A program made the position numbers and the translations under genes. Below are positions 62,399-64,000 of a stretch of DNA of 64,000 bases, piece after piece (the first letter of the stretch is position 1; every line of letters begins with the position of its first letter). The notes beneath the pieces are model-generated. The model did not search any database and was not told the origin of the DNA. It worked only from the letters and a program-made list of their open reading frames with translations. Origin of the DNA: Squalus acanthias (lineage: Eukaryota); contig CM059425.1 of NCBI GenBank assembly GCA_030390025.1, forward strand, positions 175,400,001 through 175,464,000, written 5' to 3'.

Positions 62399-62919
62399 TG
62401 TGGAAGTGCAGTTTTTGTCTCGGACAAAATGGCTTCCGTGAATTTAAACTGATACAAAATGCCCGACTCTGACTTGTGTGGAAAAGGAAAAAATCCATTG
62501 TTATGTTCTTTTCGTGAAAATAACTTTAAAGTTTTAGACTATGCTGTCAGCAAAAGTCTGCCTGCACAAAAGAAAACAGGCTTAAATTGAGATAACCAAG
62601 GGCTAGTAAAGTAAACAAACAGGGTCTTGACCTTGGGAAGAAAAAGAACAGACAGATAAACTCCATTTTATAGGGATTAGTTAGTCTCACCGTAAGGCGT
62701 TTCTTATGTGTTTTTTTTTTAATTGTTAACTTAGCTTACCTTAAACAACATGTCATGTGATTATTAGTGTATAAGAATACTCCATTTTCTGTTATTCGGC
62801 AGTCTGTCATCATAGCTAATTGGGCTATGATGCATTCTCCTTGCAAGTAAAATATAATAAAAAGCCTTCTTTGACGATATTGTTTACAAGAGTCTTACTT
62901 GGAAGTCGAAACTTCGACA
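62399..62919 (+). repeat. 3' LTR
   Basis: Identical to the 5' LTR except 3 substitutions and one T in a homopolymer (manual comparison). Confidence 0.96.
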
Positions 62920-64000
62920 AAATCCAAATACACCACATCCACTGGTTCCCCTTTACCCACCCTGCTCGTTACATCCTCAAAGAACTCCAGCAAATTTGTC
63001 AAATACGATTTCCCTTTCATAAAACCATGCTGACTCTGCTTGACTGTATTATGATTTTCTAAATGTCCTGCTACTGCTTCCTTAATAATGGACTCCAGCA
63101 TTTTCCCAATGACAGATGTTAGGCTAACTGGTCTATAGTTTCCTGCTTCTACCGTGAAGACTGATACAAAATATTTGTTCAAAGTCTCTGCCATTTCCCT
63201 GTTCCCCATTATTAATTCCCCAGTCTCATCCTCTAAGGGACCAATATTTACTTTAGCTACTCTCTTCCTTTTTATATACCTGTAGAAGCTCTTACTATCT
63301 GTTTTTATATTTCTTGCTAGTTTACTCTCATAATCTATCTTTTCTCTCTTTTTTAGTCATCCGTTGCTGGTTTTAAAACATTTCCCAATCCTCTGGCCTC
63401 CCACCAATCTTGGCAACATTGTATGCCTTTGTTTTCAATTTGATACAATCCTTTACCTCCTTAGTTAGCCACGGATGGTTCTCCCTTCTCTTAAAGTCTT
63501 TCCTTCTCACTGGAATATATTTTGTTGAGAGCTATGAAATATCTCCTTAAATGTCTGCCATTGCTTATCAACCGTCTTACCCTTTAATCTATTTTCCCAG
63601 TCCACTTTAGCCAACTCTGACCCGTTTATTCCTACTCTCTGTTTTCTGTCCGTGAACCAATCCTCAATCTATGCGAGTATATTACCCCCAATCCCATGAG
63701 CCCTAATTTTGTTTAATAACCTCTTGTGTGGCACCTTCCCGAATGCCTTCTGAAAATCCAAATACACCACATCCACTGGTTCCCCCTTATCTATTCTGCT
63801 AGTTACAACCTCAAAAAACTCTACAGATTCATCAAACACAATTTCCCTTTCATAAATCCGTGTTGACTCTGTCCAATCCTATTATTATTTTCTAAGTACC
63901 CTGTTACCACGTCCTTAATAATAGATTCTAGCATTTTCCCTACTACTGATGTCAGGCTAACTGGTCTGTAGTTCCCCTTTTTCTCTCTCCCTCCTTTCTT

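Larger units (their letters stand above)
54916..62919 (+). mobile_element. Endogenous retrovirus, non-autonomous, probably chimeric
   Basis: Two ~521-bp TG...CA LTRs; AAAT TSD (54912-54915, 62920-62923); PBS, PPT, integrase and env remnants; removal restores the CR1 VYLDFQK codons. Confidence 0.96.
51865..64000 (-). mobile_element. Nested CR1 LINEs: outer copy 51865-52906 plus 63618-64000; inner copy ~52907-63617
   Basis: Two CR1 3' tails; outer copy rejoins as CCAACCCGAAAAT|GACCCGTTTATTCC; RT ORFs 51952..55015 and 62895..63209. Confidence 0.88.

Noticed and set aside
31405..64000. Exons of the expected neighbour DCP2
   Set aside because: No recognisable host coding exon found on either strand

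Overview
Vertebrate genomic DNA, very likely from a cartilaginous fish (inferred from the CR1/L2/Penelope/Harbinger and SacSINE1-like repeat content). The first half holds the last five coding exons of MCC (+ strand, ending in the PDZ-binding motif ETSL, stop at 27257-27259) and a ~4.1 kb repeat-poor putative 3' UTR. The second half is a stack of nested mobile elements: tRNA-headed LINEs, a full-length CR1, Penelope elements carrying minimal hammerhead ribozymes, Harbinger transposons and MITEs, and a solo LTR. The most notable object is a young ~8 kb endogenous retrovirus (54916-62919; LTRs differing at 3 substitutions and 1 indel, 4-bp TSD, tRNA-Gln PBS). It appears to be a non-autonomous chimera. 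A decayed RT with a foamy/lokiretrovirus-type NGFW motif, a fusion-protein-like envelope C-terminus and an internal PPT+TG are followed by an intact gamma/epsilon-type integrase core, a second CWVC-type env and a repeated RNA stem-loop motif. Family assignments come from motif recognition only; no database searches were run, and most repeat boundaries without a TSD are approximate.
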